From Candidatus Hadarchaeales archaeon (GTDB lineage: Archaea > Hadarchaeota > Hadarchaeia > Hadarchaeales > Hadarchaeaceae): DNA of 31,366 nt. A program made the translations under genes and the position numbers. Of the stretch, positions 17,496 to 26,835 are shown one piece after another. How positions within the stretch are numbered: the stretch's first letter is position 1; every line of letters begins with the position of its first letter. Under the pieces are notes generated by a model. It saw nothing but the letters and a program-made list of their open reading frames with translations. It did no database searches and was not told where the DNA came from. The stretch is from positions 1 through 31,366 of the forward strand of contig JAWCKV010000006.1 of assembly GCA_038851565.1 (NCBI GenBank), given 5' to 3'.

Positions 17496-18494
17496 TTGGA
17501 GGTGCTGAAGTATCTCGCAAAAAGGGCGAGGATGGTGGAGCGGGAGATAGACCGCTGGATGCCGGCGGACGTTTCACCGGAGGAGCTGGCGAGGGCAAGC
17601 AGACACCTCATAGAGGCAGGTGGAAAGAGGCTCCGTCCGTGTCTGGTGCTTACGGCCTGCGAGGCGGTCGGCGGGAGGGCAGAGGACGCGATCGAAGCGG
17701 CAGCGGCAGTGGAGATGCTGCACAACTTCACGCTCATCCACGACGACATAATGGACAGGGACGAGTTCAGGCGCAATGTGAAAACCGTCCACGCCGTCTG
17801 GGGAGAGCCCATGGCGATAATAGCGGGGGATGCCCTCTTCGCCAGAGTTTTCAGCGCTGTCGCGGAAAACGCCAGAAGGCTGGGCCTCGGCGGAAAGGAG
17901 GTCGCGGAGGCGCTCACGACCGTGAGCGAGGCGAGCTTTGAGGTGTGCAGGGGGCAGGCGATGGACATGCTGTTTGAGAAACGCGGTGAGGTGAGCGAGG
18001 AGGAATACATGGCGATGGTCAGAGGCAAAACCGGCGCGCTCACATGTGCCTCGACCAAGCTGGGTGCCCTTCTGGGTCGGGGAAGCAGGTCCCAGGTCGC
18101 TGCCCTCTCGGAATACGGAAGGCTGATCGGGATGGCATTTCAGATACAGGACGATGTCCTGGGCCTGCTGGGAAAGGAGGAGAAGTTCGGAAAGCCGATA
18201 GGGAGCGACCTCAGGGAGGGCAAGAAAACCCTGATACTCATAAGGGCACTTTCAACGGCAGGCGGACGGGACAGGGAGGCGATCATGAGGGTTCTGGGAA
18301 ACAGGAATGCCAAGAAGTCGGAAATAGCAGCGGCAATAAACGCGCTGAGGAGGACAGGGGCGGTTGATTATGCGTCCAGGAAGGCCGCTGGGCTTGTGGG
18401 GAGGGCCAAGGCTAGGCTCAAGGCACTCCCTGATTCCGTGCCGAAAAGGGCCCTGCTTGGGATCGCGGATTTTGTGATATCGAGGGAATTTTAG
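17496..18494 (+). CDS. idsA: Polyprenyl (geranylgeranyl) diphosphate synthase
   Basis: GGKRLRP, HNFTLIHDDIMD, GQAMD, KTGAL, FQIQDD, GKPIGSDLREGKKT. Start placed at TTG 17496 after SD GGTGA (GTG 17487 is an alternative). Confidence 0.93.
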   Translation: MEVLKYLAKRARMVEREIDRWMPADVSPEELARASRHLIEAGGKRLRPCLVLTACEAVGGRAEDAIEAAAAVEMLHNFTLIHDDIMDRDEFRRNVKTVHAVWGEPMAIIAGDALFARVFSAVAENARRLGLGGKEVAEALTTVSEASFEVCRGQAMDMLFEKRGEVSEEEYMAMVRGKTGALTCASTKLGALLGRGSRSQVAALSEYGRLIGMAFQIQDDVLGLLGKEEKFGKPIGSDLREGKKTLILIRALSTAGGRDREAIMRVLGNRNAKKSEIAAAINALRRTGAVDYASRKAAGLVGRAKARLKALPDSVPKRALLGIADFVISREF

Positions 18495-18545
18495 TACCGC
18501 ACCGTAGGCTTATTTTGCACGGCCGAGAGGTAAAGATGGGTTGGG

Positions 18546-20237
18546 ATGGAGGATCTGAGGAGACAGGCCCTCCGGTGGGCTCTCGTTAACGCACTCGAGC
18601 ACGGCGGAAGGGCAAGTACAAAGGCAGTTCTCGGCAAGCTGTTTGCCTCGTTTCCAGGAATCAAGGATAGGATACAGGAGGTATCCAGGCTTGTGGATGA
18701 TGTGGTCTCCGAGGTGAACTCTTTGAATAGGGAGGAACAGGAGCTTCAGCTCAGCATCCTCGGCAGACCGGAGAAGGGGGCGCGCGAGGAGAGGAGGGAG
18801 CATGCAGAGCTGCCGGACGTTGAGAAGTGGGGCAGGGTGGTGACAAGGTTTGCCCCGAATCCAAACGGCCCCCTTCACCTCGGCCACATCAGGACAGCGC
18901 TCCTCAGCCACTTTTATGCGAGAAGGCACGGGGGGAAGTTCATATTGAGGTTCGAGGACACAAACCCGGAGAACGCACTCCTTGAGATGTACGATCGGAT
19001 AAGAGCGGACCTCAGGTGGATGGGAATAGAGTGGGATGAGGAGCACGTGCAGTCTGACAGGATGGAGCTCTATTATGATCACGCCAGAACGCTTCTGGAG
19101 GGCGGAAAGGCCTATGTATGCGTCTGCGATGTTGAGAGCTTCAGGAGGCTGAGGGACGGGAGAAAACCCTGTCCCTGCCGCGGGCTGGAGCCTGAGGAAC
19201 ATCTTCAGAGATGGGAGCAGATGGTGTCGGGAAGGATATCGAAGGGAGGGGGGGTGGTGAGAATAAAAACTGATCTCGATCATCCAAATCCGGCAGTTAG
19301 GGACTGGCCGGCGCTTAGGCCTGTCAGCAAACCCCATCCGCGGGTGGGCAGCAGATACCTCGTCTGGCCGCTGTACAATTTTTCCGCGGCCATAGACGAT
19401 CACGAGATGGGGATAACGCATATACTGAGGGGAAAAGAGCACGAGGTGAATGAGGAGAGGCAGAGGACACTGTACGCGCACATGGGCTGGGAGTACCCAA
19501 CCGCGGTTCAGCACGGAAGGCTTTCGATGCCGGGCACGGCCCTAAGCAAGACGCAGATGATGGCCGCGATAAGGAGGGGCGAGCTCTCCGGATACGATGA
19601 CGTGAGGCTCGCGACCGTGGCGGCCCTCAGGAGGAGGGGTTTTTCCCCAGAGGCCATAAGGTCCCTCATTATGGACATAGGGCTGACTCTGGTTGATTCC
19701 TCCCTGAGCTGGGAGACGCTGTATGCGTACAACAGAAAGGCGATCGATGATGTTGCTCACAGGTACTTCTTCGTGCCTTCACCGGTAAAGCTCGAGGTTT
19801 CCGGCATGCCCGAAATGAAGGAGATAAGGTTGCGCCTTCACCCTGGAAAACCGGAGGCTGGGGAGAGAATAATTCCGATAATGAGGAAGGATGGCCTTGG
19901 AGTTTTCTACGTCCCGTCTTCCGATGTTAAAAGGTTGAGCGTGGGAGATGCTTTCAGGCTTAAGGATCTCATGAACATCAGAATCGCGAAAATGGGCGCG
20001 GAGATGGAGGGAAAATATGAGGGGGCGGAGGTTCTGGATCTTCCAAAGATTCAGTGGGTTTCAGCTGGCGCTGTGCGGATCGAGGTGCTCAAACCGGATG
20101 GGAGGCTGGAGACAGGCCTTGCAGAACCCGCTGTTGGCGGCCTCCAAGTTGGCAGCGTTGTGCAGTTCGAGAGATACGGTTTCGTGAGGGTGGAGTCGCT
20201 CAAGCCGATCATCAGGGCCGTATATGCGCACAGATAA
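18546..20237 (+). CDS. gltX: Glutamate--tRNA ligase (archaeal type)
   Basis: TRFAPNPNGPLHLGH, RFEDTNP, DDHEMGITHILRGKEH, LSKT, VQFERYGF. Confidence 0.97.
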   Translation: MEDLRRQALRWALVNALEHGGRASTKAVLGKLFASFPGIKDRIQEVSRLVDDVVSEVNSLNREEQELQLSILGRPEKGAREERREHAELPDVEKWGRVVTRFAPNPNGPLHLGHIRTALLSHFYARRHGGKFILRFEDTNPENALLEMYDRIRADLRWMGIEWDEEHVQSDRMELYYDHARTLLEGGKAYVCVCDVESFRRLRDGRKPCPCRGLEPEEHLQRWEQMVSGRISKGGGVVRIKTDLDHPNPAVRDWPALRPVSKPHPRVGSRYLVWPLYNFSAAIDDHEMGITHILRGKEHEVNEERQRTLYAHMGWEYPTAVQHGRLSMPGTALSKTQMMAAIRRGELSGYDDVRLATVAALRRRGFSPEAIRSLIMDIGLTLVDSSLSWETLYAYNRKAIDDVAHRYFFVPSPVKLEVSGMPEMKEIRLRLHPGKPEAGERIIPIMRKDGLGVFYVPSSDVKRLSVGDAFRLKDLMNIRIAKMGAEMEGKYEGAEVLDLPKIQWVSAGAVRIEVLKPDGRLETGLAEPAVGGLQVGSVVQFERYGFVRVESLKPIIRAVYAHR

Positions 20238-20287
20238 AAACGGGCATACACAACCCTTTTTAGGGGGCAGGTTTCTATTTCAAAACC

Positions 20288-20332
20288 GGGGCTCAAACCC
20301 CAATGAGTGATGAGGTAAAAACCGAAGGAGGG
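20288..20332 (+). promoter_or_regulatory. Putative K-turn/K-loop autoregulatory leader of rpl7ae
   Basis: Hairpin GGGG-CTCAAA-CCCC, then GTGATGA-GGT-AAAA-ACC-GA (GA flanking a GGT/ACC stem) abutting SD GGAGG at 20327-20331. Confidence 0.6.
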
Positions 20333-20337
20333 ATTGT

Positions 20338-20709
20338 GTGCCGAAGTCAGCGTATGTGAGGTTTGAGGTTCCGAAGGACCTCGCCGAGAAGGCATATGAG
20401 GCCGTGGAGCGCGCCAGAAGCAGCGGAAAGCTGAGAAGGGGCGTCAACGAGGCGACCAAGGCGATTGAGCGAAAACAGGCGGCTCTGGTTGTGATAGCCG
20501 AGGATGTGGATCCGCCGGAGGTAGTGGCCCATTTGCCCCCTCTTTGCGACGAGAAGGGCATTGCCTATATCTATGTTCCATCAAAGCGTGAGCTTGGTGC
20601 GGCAGCCGGGATAGAGGTTGGATGCTCTGCGGTCGCGATCTCAGCGCCGGGCGAGGCCGAGGAGCTGGTGAAGGAGATCGTTGCGAAGGTCAAGGAACTC
20701 AAAAAGTGA
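20338..20709 (+). CDS. rpl7ae: 50S ribosomal protein L7Ae (eL8)
   Basis: [33 protein letters not shown]. Confidence 0.97.
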   Translation: MPKSAYVRFEVPKDLAEKAYEAVERARSSGKLRRGVNEATKAIERKQAALVVIAEDVDPPEVVAHLPPLCDEKGIAYIYVPSKRELGAAAGIEVGCSAVAISAPGEAEELVKEIVAKVKELKK

Positions 20710-20714
20710 GCTGA

Positions 20715-20930
20715 ATGCCTGGCGAGGAAGTGAGCTATCCCGCGGAGGTAATTGAGATAAGGGCACGCACAGGGGTCACCGGGGAGATCCTCCAGGTGAA
20801 GTGCAGGATACTCGAGGGAAGGGACAAGGGCAGGATAATCACAAGGAATGTCAAGGGACCGGTCAGGGTGGGGGACATATTGATGTTGAGGGAGACCGAG
20901 AGGGAAGCGAGGGAAATAAGGGTGCCCTAG
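20715..20930 (+). CDS. rps28e: 30S ribosomal protein S28e
   Basis: [31 protein letters not shown]. Confidence 0.97.
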   Translation: MPGEEVSYPAEVIEIRARTGVTGEILQVKCRILEGRDKGRIITRNVKGPVRVGDILMLRETEREAREIRVP

Positions 20931-21122
20931 ATGCCGATCGCGAGGAAGTGTTCTTTCTGCGGCGGGAGGATCGAGCCCGGGAGCGGGCTGATGTTCGTGC
21001 GCAGGGACGGATCGATAAACTATTTTTGCTCCTCGAAGTGCGAGAGGAACATGGGGCTCGGGAGAAAGCCTCACAGGGTGAGGTGGACCGAGAGATACAG
21101 GAGGATGAAGGGGAAGGAATGA
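20931..21122 (+). CDS. rpl24e: 50S ribosomal protein L24e
   Basis: CSFCG, IEPGSG, FCSSKC, WT. Confidence 0.96.
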   Translation: MPIARKCSFCGGRIEPGSGLMFVRRDGSINYFCSSKCERNMGLGRKPHRVRWTERYRRMKGKE

Positions 21123-21526
21123 GCGAGAGAACCCTGGTCGTGATAAAACCGGATGGCGTCAGAAAGGGGCTGGTGGACGAGATAAAGAGGAGAATAGAGG
21201 GAGCCGGCCTGAGGATAACTGCAGAGATGGTGACTAGGCTTTCCAGGGGGACCGCTGAGAAGCTCTACGAGCCCCATCGTGGCAGGGACTTCTTCGGTCC
21301 GCTAGTTGAGTTCATGATCTCTGGGGATGTTGTCGTGATGAGGGTGGAGGGAGATCGGGCTATATCCAGGATGAGGGAGATATCTGGGAATACGGATCCA
21401 AGGCTGGCCCCCGAGAACACCATACGGGGAAGATTTGGCACTACGGTCAGGGAGAATGTGATCCACTCCTCCGATTCGCCTGAGACAGCGGAAAGGGAGC
21501 TTGCTATATTTTTCCGCGGCAAATGA
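21119..21526 (+). CDS. ndk: Nucleoside diphosphate kinase
   Basis: MSERTLVVIKPDGV, TIRG, NVIHSSDS. True start is ATG 21119 (ATGA overlap with rpl24e), not 20801. Confidence 0.95.
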   Translation: MSERTLVVIKPDGVRKGLVDEIKRRIEGAGLRITAEMVTRLSRGTAEKLYEPHRGRDFFGPLVEFMISGDVVVMRVEGDRAISRMREISGNTDPRLAPENTIRGRFGTTVRENVIHSSDSPETAERELAIFFRGK

Positions 21527-21571
21527 AAAGAAAAATATAAAAGGAAAAAGGAAAAGCCGACGGAGGGAACC

Positions 21572-21748
21572 ATGACCATATGTTCGGAATGCGGCAGGGA
21601 ATGTCCGGATGAAGAGATAGTGAAGTGCAGGGAGTGCGGGAGGCCATACTGTGCCGAGTGCGCTGAGGCAGAGGACTCGATGAGTGAGCTCGGGATCTGC
21701 CCAGATTGTGAGGAGACCTGGGAAGCAACGGATGAGGAAGAGGAATGA
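21572..21748 (+). CDS. 58-aa acidic Cys-rich zinc-finger protein (not in ORF track)
   Basis: MTICSECGRECPDEEIVKCRECGRPYCAECAEAEDSMSELGICPDCEETWEATDEEEE*. Four CxxC pairs, SD GGAGG upstream, hairpin downstream. Confidence 0.85.
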   Translation: MTICSECGRECPDEEIVKCRECGRPYCAECAEAEDSMSELGICPDCEETWEATDEEEE

Positions 21749-21768
21749 AAACAGGGTCCCCTGTTTTT
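21748..21768 (+). terminator. Inverted repeat with T-tract, putative terminator
   Basis: AAAACAGGG-TC-CCCTGTTTT(T) directly after the zinc-finger gene stop. Confidence 0.55.
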
Positions 21769-21825
21769 GTCCGGTGACCTCTCCCCCAAACCAGCTTAAC
21801 CACGTCCCTTAGTTATAGGACACTT

Positions 21826-23058
21826 ATGTTAGAGCTAGATGAGGGGTTCAATTTGGGCTTGCTTGATATATGGGGCATATGCAAGCAGATGAAAATCCCG
21901 TCACAGAGCGGCAATACGAGCTATGAGCCAATCTTAACTAAACATGGAGGGGAGATCGAAATATGGTATAAAACCGGTCCTGGACAGTTTATTTCTCATC
22001 CTTTTAGAGTACAAAGGTTCATTCCCCTACATAGGAAAACCTTTCAGGCTTTCGGGTTAATACAGGCTGAATCCACCAAAAAATTGAAGCACGTTTCTTT
22101 TGATTTCTCCAACATTATACCAGAAGTGGTTCGGTTTATTATGGATTATTTTGAGGAGATTTGGGGGATCAGTAGGAAAAATTGGAAAGTATATGTGGAG
22201 TACTGGAGAGGCAAACCCAGCGATTTCAAAAAGAAAGGGATAATCAGATTTTGGGCCCATCAACTCTCAGTCAGCGAGTGGCAAATTAAAGTTCGAGTTG
22301 GAAAGGAAACACGATTCAGCAGGCGAGCAGCCGTGTTTGGAACAGCGGCAATTCGTTTAAACAGCAGGATAGCCCAGACGCTGATAATGACGGTACTCGA
22401 CCGGATTAAAACCTTGGCAGAAAGCGATTCCCGAGCAGCTGGAGCGTATTTATGTGGGCTCTTGGCCGGGGACGGTGTCGTGCTAGAATACAAAGGCATA
22501 TTTACTGCGGTGGGACTCTCCTTTAACCCTCATTCGGATGAGCTTGAGCATTATACGAAGGTTCTTGCCACGGCAGGTGTTCATATTGAAAAAGAAAAGT
22601 TGGCCCGCAGTGGGGCAAAGGTAATGTACTTCACCCATTGGCGTGATTCCATCGCCCTATTGAAAGCGTCCGATGGGTACCTGTTTTTGCCCCACCGAAG
22701 GAACGCAGTTAGGTTTTACAAAGGTTTCCTGTATAACCAGTACATACGTCCACTCCTAAGGTTAAGAGTATTCAAAGAGCGTCAGTTGACAGCTAGAGAA
22801 TTTGCAAGACTTGTAGGTATTTGTAAACGGACGGCAAACCTTGGCTTAAACCGTTGCGTCAACCTTGGTTTTCTGGGAATTAACGGAAAAGGCACGACCT
22901 CCTCACCCTTCCGGTTTTATTTAACTGAGGGAGGAAGAATGTTTCTTGAGGTCGTGAATAAAATTGAGCGTTTGAGGTGTGAGCTAGATGGGAAGGCTTC
23001 GATGCCCGATTGTTGCAACGATGGGACAGGTGGATGCAGGGAAAACAACACTGCTTGA
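21826..23058 (+). CDS. Free-standing LAGLIDADG-like endonuclease with C-terminal winged HTH
   Basis: Motifs AFGLIQAES and YLCGLLAGDG. wHTH LTAREFARLVGICKRTANLGLNRCVNLGFL...FYLTEGG. Visibly more AT-rich than neighbours. No intein splicing motifs. Overlaps infB by 71 nt. Confidence 0.75.
   Translation: MLELDEGFNLGLLDIWGICKQMKIPSQSGNTSYEPILTKHGGEIEIWYKTGPGQFISHPFRVQRFIPLHRKTFQAFGLIQAESTKKLKHVSFDFSNIIPEVVRFIMDYFEEIWGISRKNWKVYVEYWRGKPSDFKKKGIIRFWAHQLSVSEWQIKVRVGKETRFSRRAAVFGTAAIRLNSRIAQTLIMTVLDRIKTLAESDSRAAGAYLCGLLAGDGVVLEYKGIFTAVGLSFNPHSDELEHYTKVLATAGVHIEKEKLARSGAKVMYFTHWRDSIALLKASDGYLFLPHRRNAVRFYKGFLYNQYIRPLLRLRVFKERQLTAREFARLVGICKRTANLGLNRCVNLGFLGINGKGTTSSPFRFYLTEGGRMFLEVVNKIERLRCELDGKASMPDCCNDGTGGCRENNTA
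21832..22990 (+). repeat. 10-bp direct repeat GAGCTAGATG bounding the endonuclease ORF
   Basis: Exact copies at 21832-21841 and 22981-22990. The second copy contains the infB ATG. Confidence 0.7.
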
Positions 23059-24775
23059 CACAATTAGGGGCACCACCGTTGCATTCAGGGAGCCCGGACA
23101 GATAACTCAGGCAATTGGGGCTTCAGAGGTCCCCGCCCAGGTGATCAAGAAGGTTTGCGGCAAGCTCATCGATACGTTCAAAATAAAGCTAACAATCCCA
23201 GGACTCCTTTTCATAGATACACCCGGCCACGAGGCATTCGCCAATCTCCGTCGTCGGGGAGGCGCTCTGGCAGACCTCGCCATCCTCGTCGTGGACATCA
23301 AAGAGGGTTTTATGCCTCAGACGCTAGAATCCCTCGAGATATTGAAAATATACAAGACACCGTTCATGCTCGCCGCCAACAAGATCGACCTCATCCCGGG
23401 CTGGCGATCAACTCCGAAATCGTGTTTCTTAGACTCCTTTACGAACCAATATCCCAAAGTTCAGCAGGCGCTTGACGGCAAAGTTTATGAGCTGGTAGGC
23501 AAGATGCACGAACTTGGCTTTGAATCAGAGCGCTTTGACAGGGTGAGCGACTTCCGGAGGCAGGTCTCGATTGTTCCTACAAGCGCCAAGACGGGGGAGG
23601 GAGTGCCCGAGGTGCTCGCGGTGCTCGCTGGACTCGCACAGCGCTTTCTTGAGAAAGAACTAACGGTAGAGGTGAAGGGTCCAGCGCGCGGGACGGTGCT
23701 GGAGGTAAAGGAGGAGGTTGGACTCGGCAAGACAATAGATGTCATTGTTTACGATGGCACGCTCGCGAAGGGGGATTTTTTCGCCGTCGGAGGTCTTGAC
23801 AAAGTTATAACCTCCAAGGTTCGTGCGCTACTTCAACCAAAGCCGCTTGACGAGATACGGGATCCGGAGGACCGATTCAATCCAGTCGAGAGAGTGTATG
23901 CGGCGGCAGGCGTCAAGGTGGTCGCTCCGGGTCTGGAGGGAGTGGTGGCTGGTGCCCCGCTGTTGGTTATTCGTGACATATCTGAGGCTGAGAAGCTGTG
24001 GCAGGAGATGCAGGATGAACTTGAACGGATCAGAATAAGCGCGGACATAAATGGAGTTGTGGTGAGGGCAGATGCCCTAGGCTCGCTGGAGGCCCTCGTG
24101 GGGCAGCTACAGGCGAGGGGCATACCCATCCGACGCGCCGATGTTGGGGATGTTTCAAGGCGCGATGTGGTCGAGGCAGTAACCGTTGCCAAAAGTGACC
24201 CATCGCTTGCAGTCGTGCTCGCATTCAGGGTGAAAATTCTGCCAGATGCACAAATGGAGGCCGAACGCGAGGGAATACCTATCCTGCATGAAGAAATAAT
24301 CTACCGGTTACTGGAGGGATACGAGAAATGGGCAAAGCAAAAGCGCGATGAACTGAGGGAAATGAAGCTAGCCGGGTATGTGAGGCCGGCCAAGATCCTG
24401 GTGAAGCCCGGATACATCTTCAGGAGGAGCGACCCGGCGATCGTCGGTGTGGACGTTTTGGGCGGCGTGCTCAGGCCAAAGGCCCCGTTGATGCGCTCCG
24501 ACGGCAAGCCGGTCGGGACGGTCAGGGAGATCCAGAGGGAAAAAAGGCCCGTGACAGAGGCCAGGATTGGCGAGGAGCTTGCGGTTTCAATAGATGGGCC
24601 CCTCGTCGGGAGGCATTTCGATGAGGGAGACGTGCTGTACACGGACATCCTCAGGGATCAGGTCCTCGCGCTCAGGAGGGATCTCAAGGACATGTTGAGT
24701 GGGGATGAGCTCTCGGTGCTCGATGAGATAGTATCGATAAAGCAGAGGCGGGATCCAACCTTCGGAGTGATGTAG
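22988..24775 (+). CDS. infB: Translation initiation factor aIF5B (IF-2)
   Basis: LRCPIV...GQVDAGKTT, PGLLFIDTPGHEAF, NKID, SAKTGEG, GSLEA, IFRRSDPAIVGV. SD GAGGTG at 22974-22979. Confidence 0.96.
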   Translation: MGRLRCPIVATMGQVDAGKTTLLDTIRGTTVAFREPGQITQAIGASEVPAQVIKKVCGKLIDTFKIKLTIPGLLFIDTPGHEAFANLRRRGGALADLAILVVDIKEGFMPQTLESLEILKIYKTPFMLAANKIDLIPGWRSTPKSCFLDSFTNQYPKVQQALDGKVYELVGKMHELGFESERFDRVSDFRRQVSIVPTSAKTGEGVPEVLAVLAGLAQRFLEKELTVEVKGPARGTVLEVKEEVGLGKTIDVIVYDGTLAKGDFFAVGGLDKVITSKVRALLQPKPLDEIRDPEDRFNPVERVYAAAGVKVVAPGLEGVVAGAPLLVIRDISEAEKLWQEMQDELERIRISADINGVVVRADALGSLEALVGQLQARGIPIRRADVGDVSRRDVVEAVTVAKSDPSLAVVLAFRVKILPDAQMEAEREGIPILHEEIIYRLLEGYEKWAKQKRDELREMKLAGYVRPAKILVKPGYIFRRSDPAIVGVDVLGGVLRPKAPLMRSDGKPVGTVREIQREKRPVTEARIGEELAVSIDGPLVGRHFDEGDVLYTDILRDQVLALRRDLKDMLSGDELSVLDEIVSIKQRRDPTFGVM

Positions 24776-24831
24776 GCCTCGAAAGATTTTTATAATGGCC
24801 GCTGTGAATTGAGTTGATTCCGGGTGGTCGC

Positions 24832-26835
24832 TTGAACATCGAGTTTCTCATCCCACTAGCAGGGCTTGTGGCTATCGTGGCTGCCGCTATCTCCGCGCGT
24901 CTTGTTCTAAAGGAGGATCAGGGACCCCAGCGGGTGAGGGAGATCGCCGGGGCAATTCAGGAGGGCGCGAGCGCCTACCTCAAGAGACAGTACACCTCAA
25001 TATGGATCTTTACGATAATAGTGGCCGCACTGCTTTTTTTCATACCGGCGTGGGGCTGGCAGGCATCGCTGGCGTTCCTTGCCGGAGCGGCTTGCTCGAC
25101 GGTCTCCGGTTTCGTGGGCATGAATGTCGCTGTCAGGGCCAATTCAAGGACCGCAAATGCAGCTACCAAGGGGATAAACACCGCCCTCAAGGTCGCGTTT
25201 CGTGGCGGTCTGGTGATGGGCATGACAGTGGTTGGGGTCGGAGTGCTCGGCGTCATCCTCTTCTACTACGTCTTCGGTGTGCCGGCTCTGATAATGCCTT
25301 ACGGCTTTGGGGCGAGCTTCGTCGCGCTGTTTGCCAGGGTTGGCGGCGGGATATACACCAAAACCGCGGACGTTGGAGCTGACCTGGTGGGAAAGGTTGA
25401 AGCCGGAATTCCGGAGGACGATCCGAGGAATCCTGCGGTGATAGCGGATAACGTTGGGGATAATGTTGGAGATGTTGCGGGGATGGGGGCGGATCTCTTC
25501 GAGTCCTACGTCGCCAGCATAATCGCCGCCATGATCGTCGGCGTCACGGTTCAGATGACATACGGAGCCTCAGCCGTTATGTTTCCCCTCTGGGTGGCTG
25601 CAGCAGGGATATTTGCCTCCATAATTGGGGTTCTCTTCGTCAGGGTGAAGAAGGGGAAGGACCCGAGCCGTGCCCTCAATAACGCGAGCATAGGAACCAT
25701 TGTCCTGACCGCGATCGGTTCGGCCCTCATGGCATTTTACATGTTTGGTCCTGAGAGGTGGGTTGGACTTTTCGTCGCTGTTCTCTCCGGGCTCATATCC
25801 GGTCTCGTGGTGGGGCTTACCTCAGACTATTTCACGAATAGAATGTACTCTCCCGCTAGGTTCGTGGCGAGATCACACCAATCCGGCGCGGCCGTGGGCC
25901 TTCTGAACGGCTTCTCAATAGGGCTCGCAAGCGTCGTGCTACCAATCCTGGCGATATCGATATCGGTGGTCATATCATATACGGTGCTGGGCGGCGGGGC
26001 GGCCGGACTTTATGGAATATGCCTCGCGGGAGTTGGCATGCTTTCGGTCACCGGCATGATAGTATCATCGGATGCGTATGGCCCCATAGCGGATAACGCA
26101 GGCGGAATAGTTGAGCAGTCAAAGATGCCGGAAAAAATAAGGACGGTCACGGACACGCTGGACTCGGTTGGGAACACCACAAAGGCCATCTGCAAGGGGT
26201 TTGCCATAGGTTCAGCTGCCCTGACAGCCATAGCGCTTTTCGCGACGTACACCTCGCCCAACTTCGCAAATTTGGGCCAGCTTAACCTCATGGATCCCAG
26301 CGTTCTGGCCGGCGTCTTCCTCGGGGCGGCCACGGTGGCCCTGTTCTGTGCCCTGACGATCCTCGCGGTTGGGAGGAATTCCTTCAGGATGGTGGAGGAG
26401 GTGCGCAGGCAGTTCAGGGAGATAAAGGGCCTGATGCAGGGGAAGGCGAGGCCGGACTACGCGCGCTGCGTTGGCATAGCGACAAGTGGCGCCCTGAGGG
26501 AGCTGGTCATTCCGAGCGTGCTTGCCCTCATAATCCCGATCGGGGTTGGATTTTTGCTCGGTAAGGCGGCCCTCGGAGGGTTCCTCGCGGGGAGCGTGGG
26601 GGTCGGCCTTGTGTTCGCGCTTCTCATGGCAAACGCGGGCGCTGTATGGGACAACGCTAAGAAGTACGTGGAGCTCGGCAACTTCGGGGGGAAGGGATCC
26701 AAAACTCACGCAGCGGCTGTTATAGGAGATACAGTAGGCGACCCCTTCAAGGACACAGCAGGCCCGTCAATCAACATATTGATAAAGCTCATGTCATGGG
26801 TGGCGCTGATCTGCGCGCCCCTCCTGATGTTTTGA
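24832..26835 (+). CDS. hppA: Membrane-bound ion-translocating pyrophosphatase, predicted K+-independent H+-PPase
   Basis: [58 protein letters not shown] carries the Lys determinant of K+ independence. TTG 24832 preferred (SD GGTGG). TATA TTTTATAA at about 24788-24795. Confidence 0.95.
   Translation: MNIEFLIPLAGLVAIVAAAISARLVLKEDQGPQRVREIAGAIQEGASAYLKRQYTSIWIFTIIVAALLFFIPAWGWQASLAFLAGAACSTVSGFVGMNVAVRANSRTANAATKGINTALKVAFRGGLVMGMTVVGVGVLGVILFYYVFGVPALIMPYGFGASFVALFARVGGGIYTKTADVGADLVGKVEAGIPEDDPRNPAVIADNVGDNVGDVAGMGADLFESYVASIIAAMIVGVTVQMTYGASAVMFPLWVAAAGIFASIIGVLFVRVKKGKDPSRALNNASIGTIVLTAIGSALMAFYMFGPERWVGLFVAVLSGLISGLVVGLTSDYFTNRMYSPARFVARSHQSGAAVGLLNGFSIGLASVVLPILAISISVVISYTVLGGGAAGLYGICLAGVGMLSVTGMIVSSDAYGPIADNAGGIVEQSKMPEKIRTVTDTLDSVGNTTKAICKGFAIGSAALTAIALFATYTSPNFANLGQLNLMDPSVLAGVFLGAATVALFCALTILAVGRNSFRMVEEVRRQFREIKGLMQGKARPDYARCVGIATSGALRELVIPSVLALIIPIGVGFLLGKAALGGFLAGSVGVGLVFALLMANAGAVWDNAKKYVELGNFGGKGSKTHAAAVIGDTVGDPFKDTAGPSINILIKLMSWVALICAPLLMF

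Noticed and set aside
20801..21118. Apparent N-terminal extension of Ndk
   Set aside because: Overlaps rps28e and rpl24e. Ndk homology starts at ATG 21119.
21826..23058. Endonuclease ORF as an intein or frameshifted intein of infB
   Set aside because: No N-terminal Cys/Ser block A, no TxxH or terminal HN/HQ, different frame from infB, and infB is complete without it.
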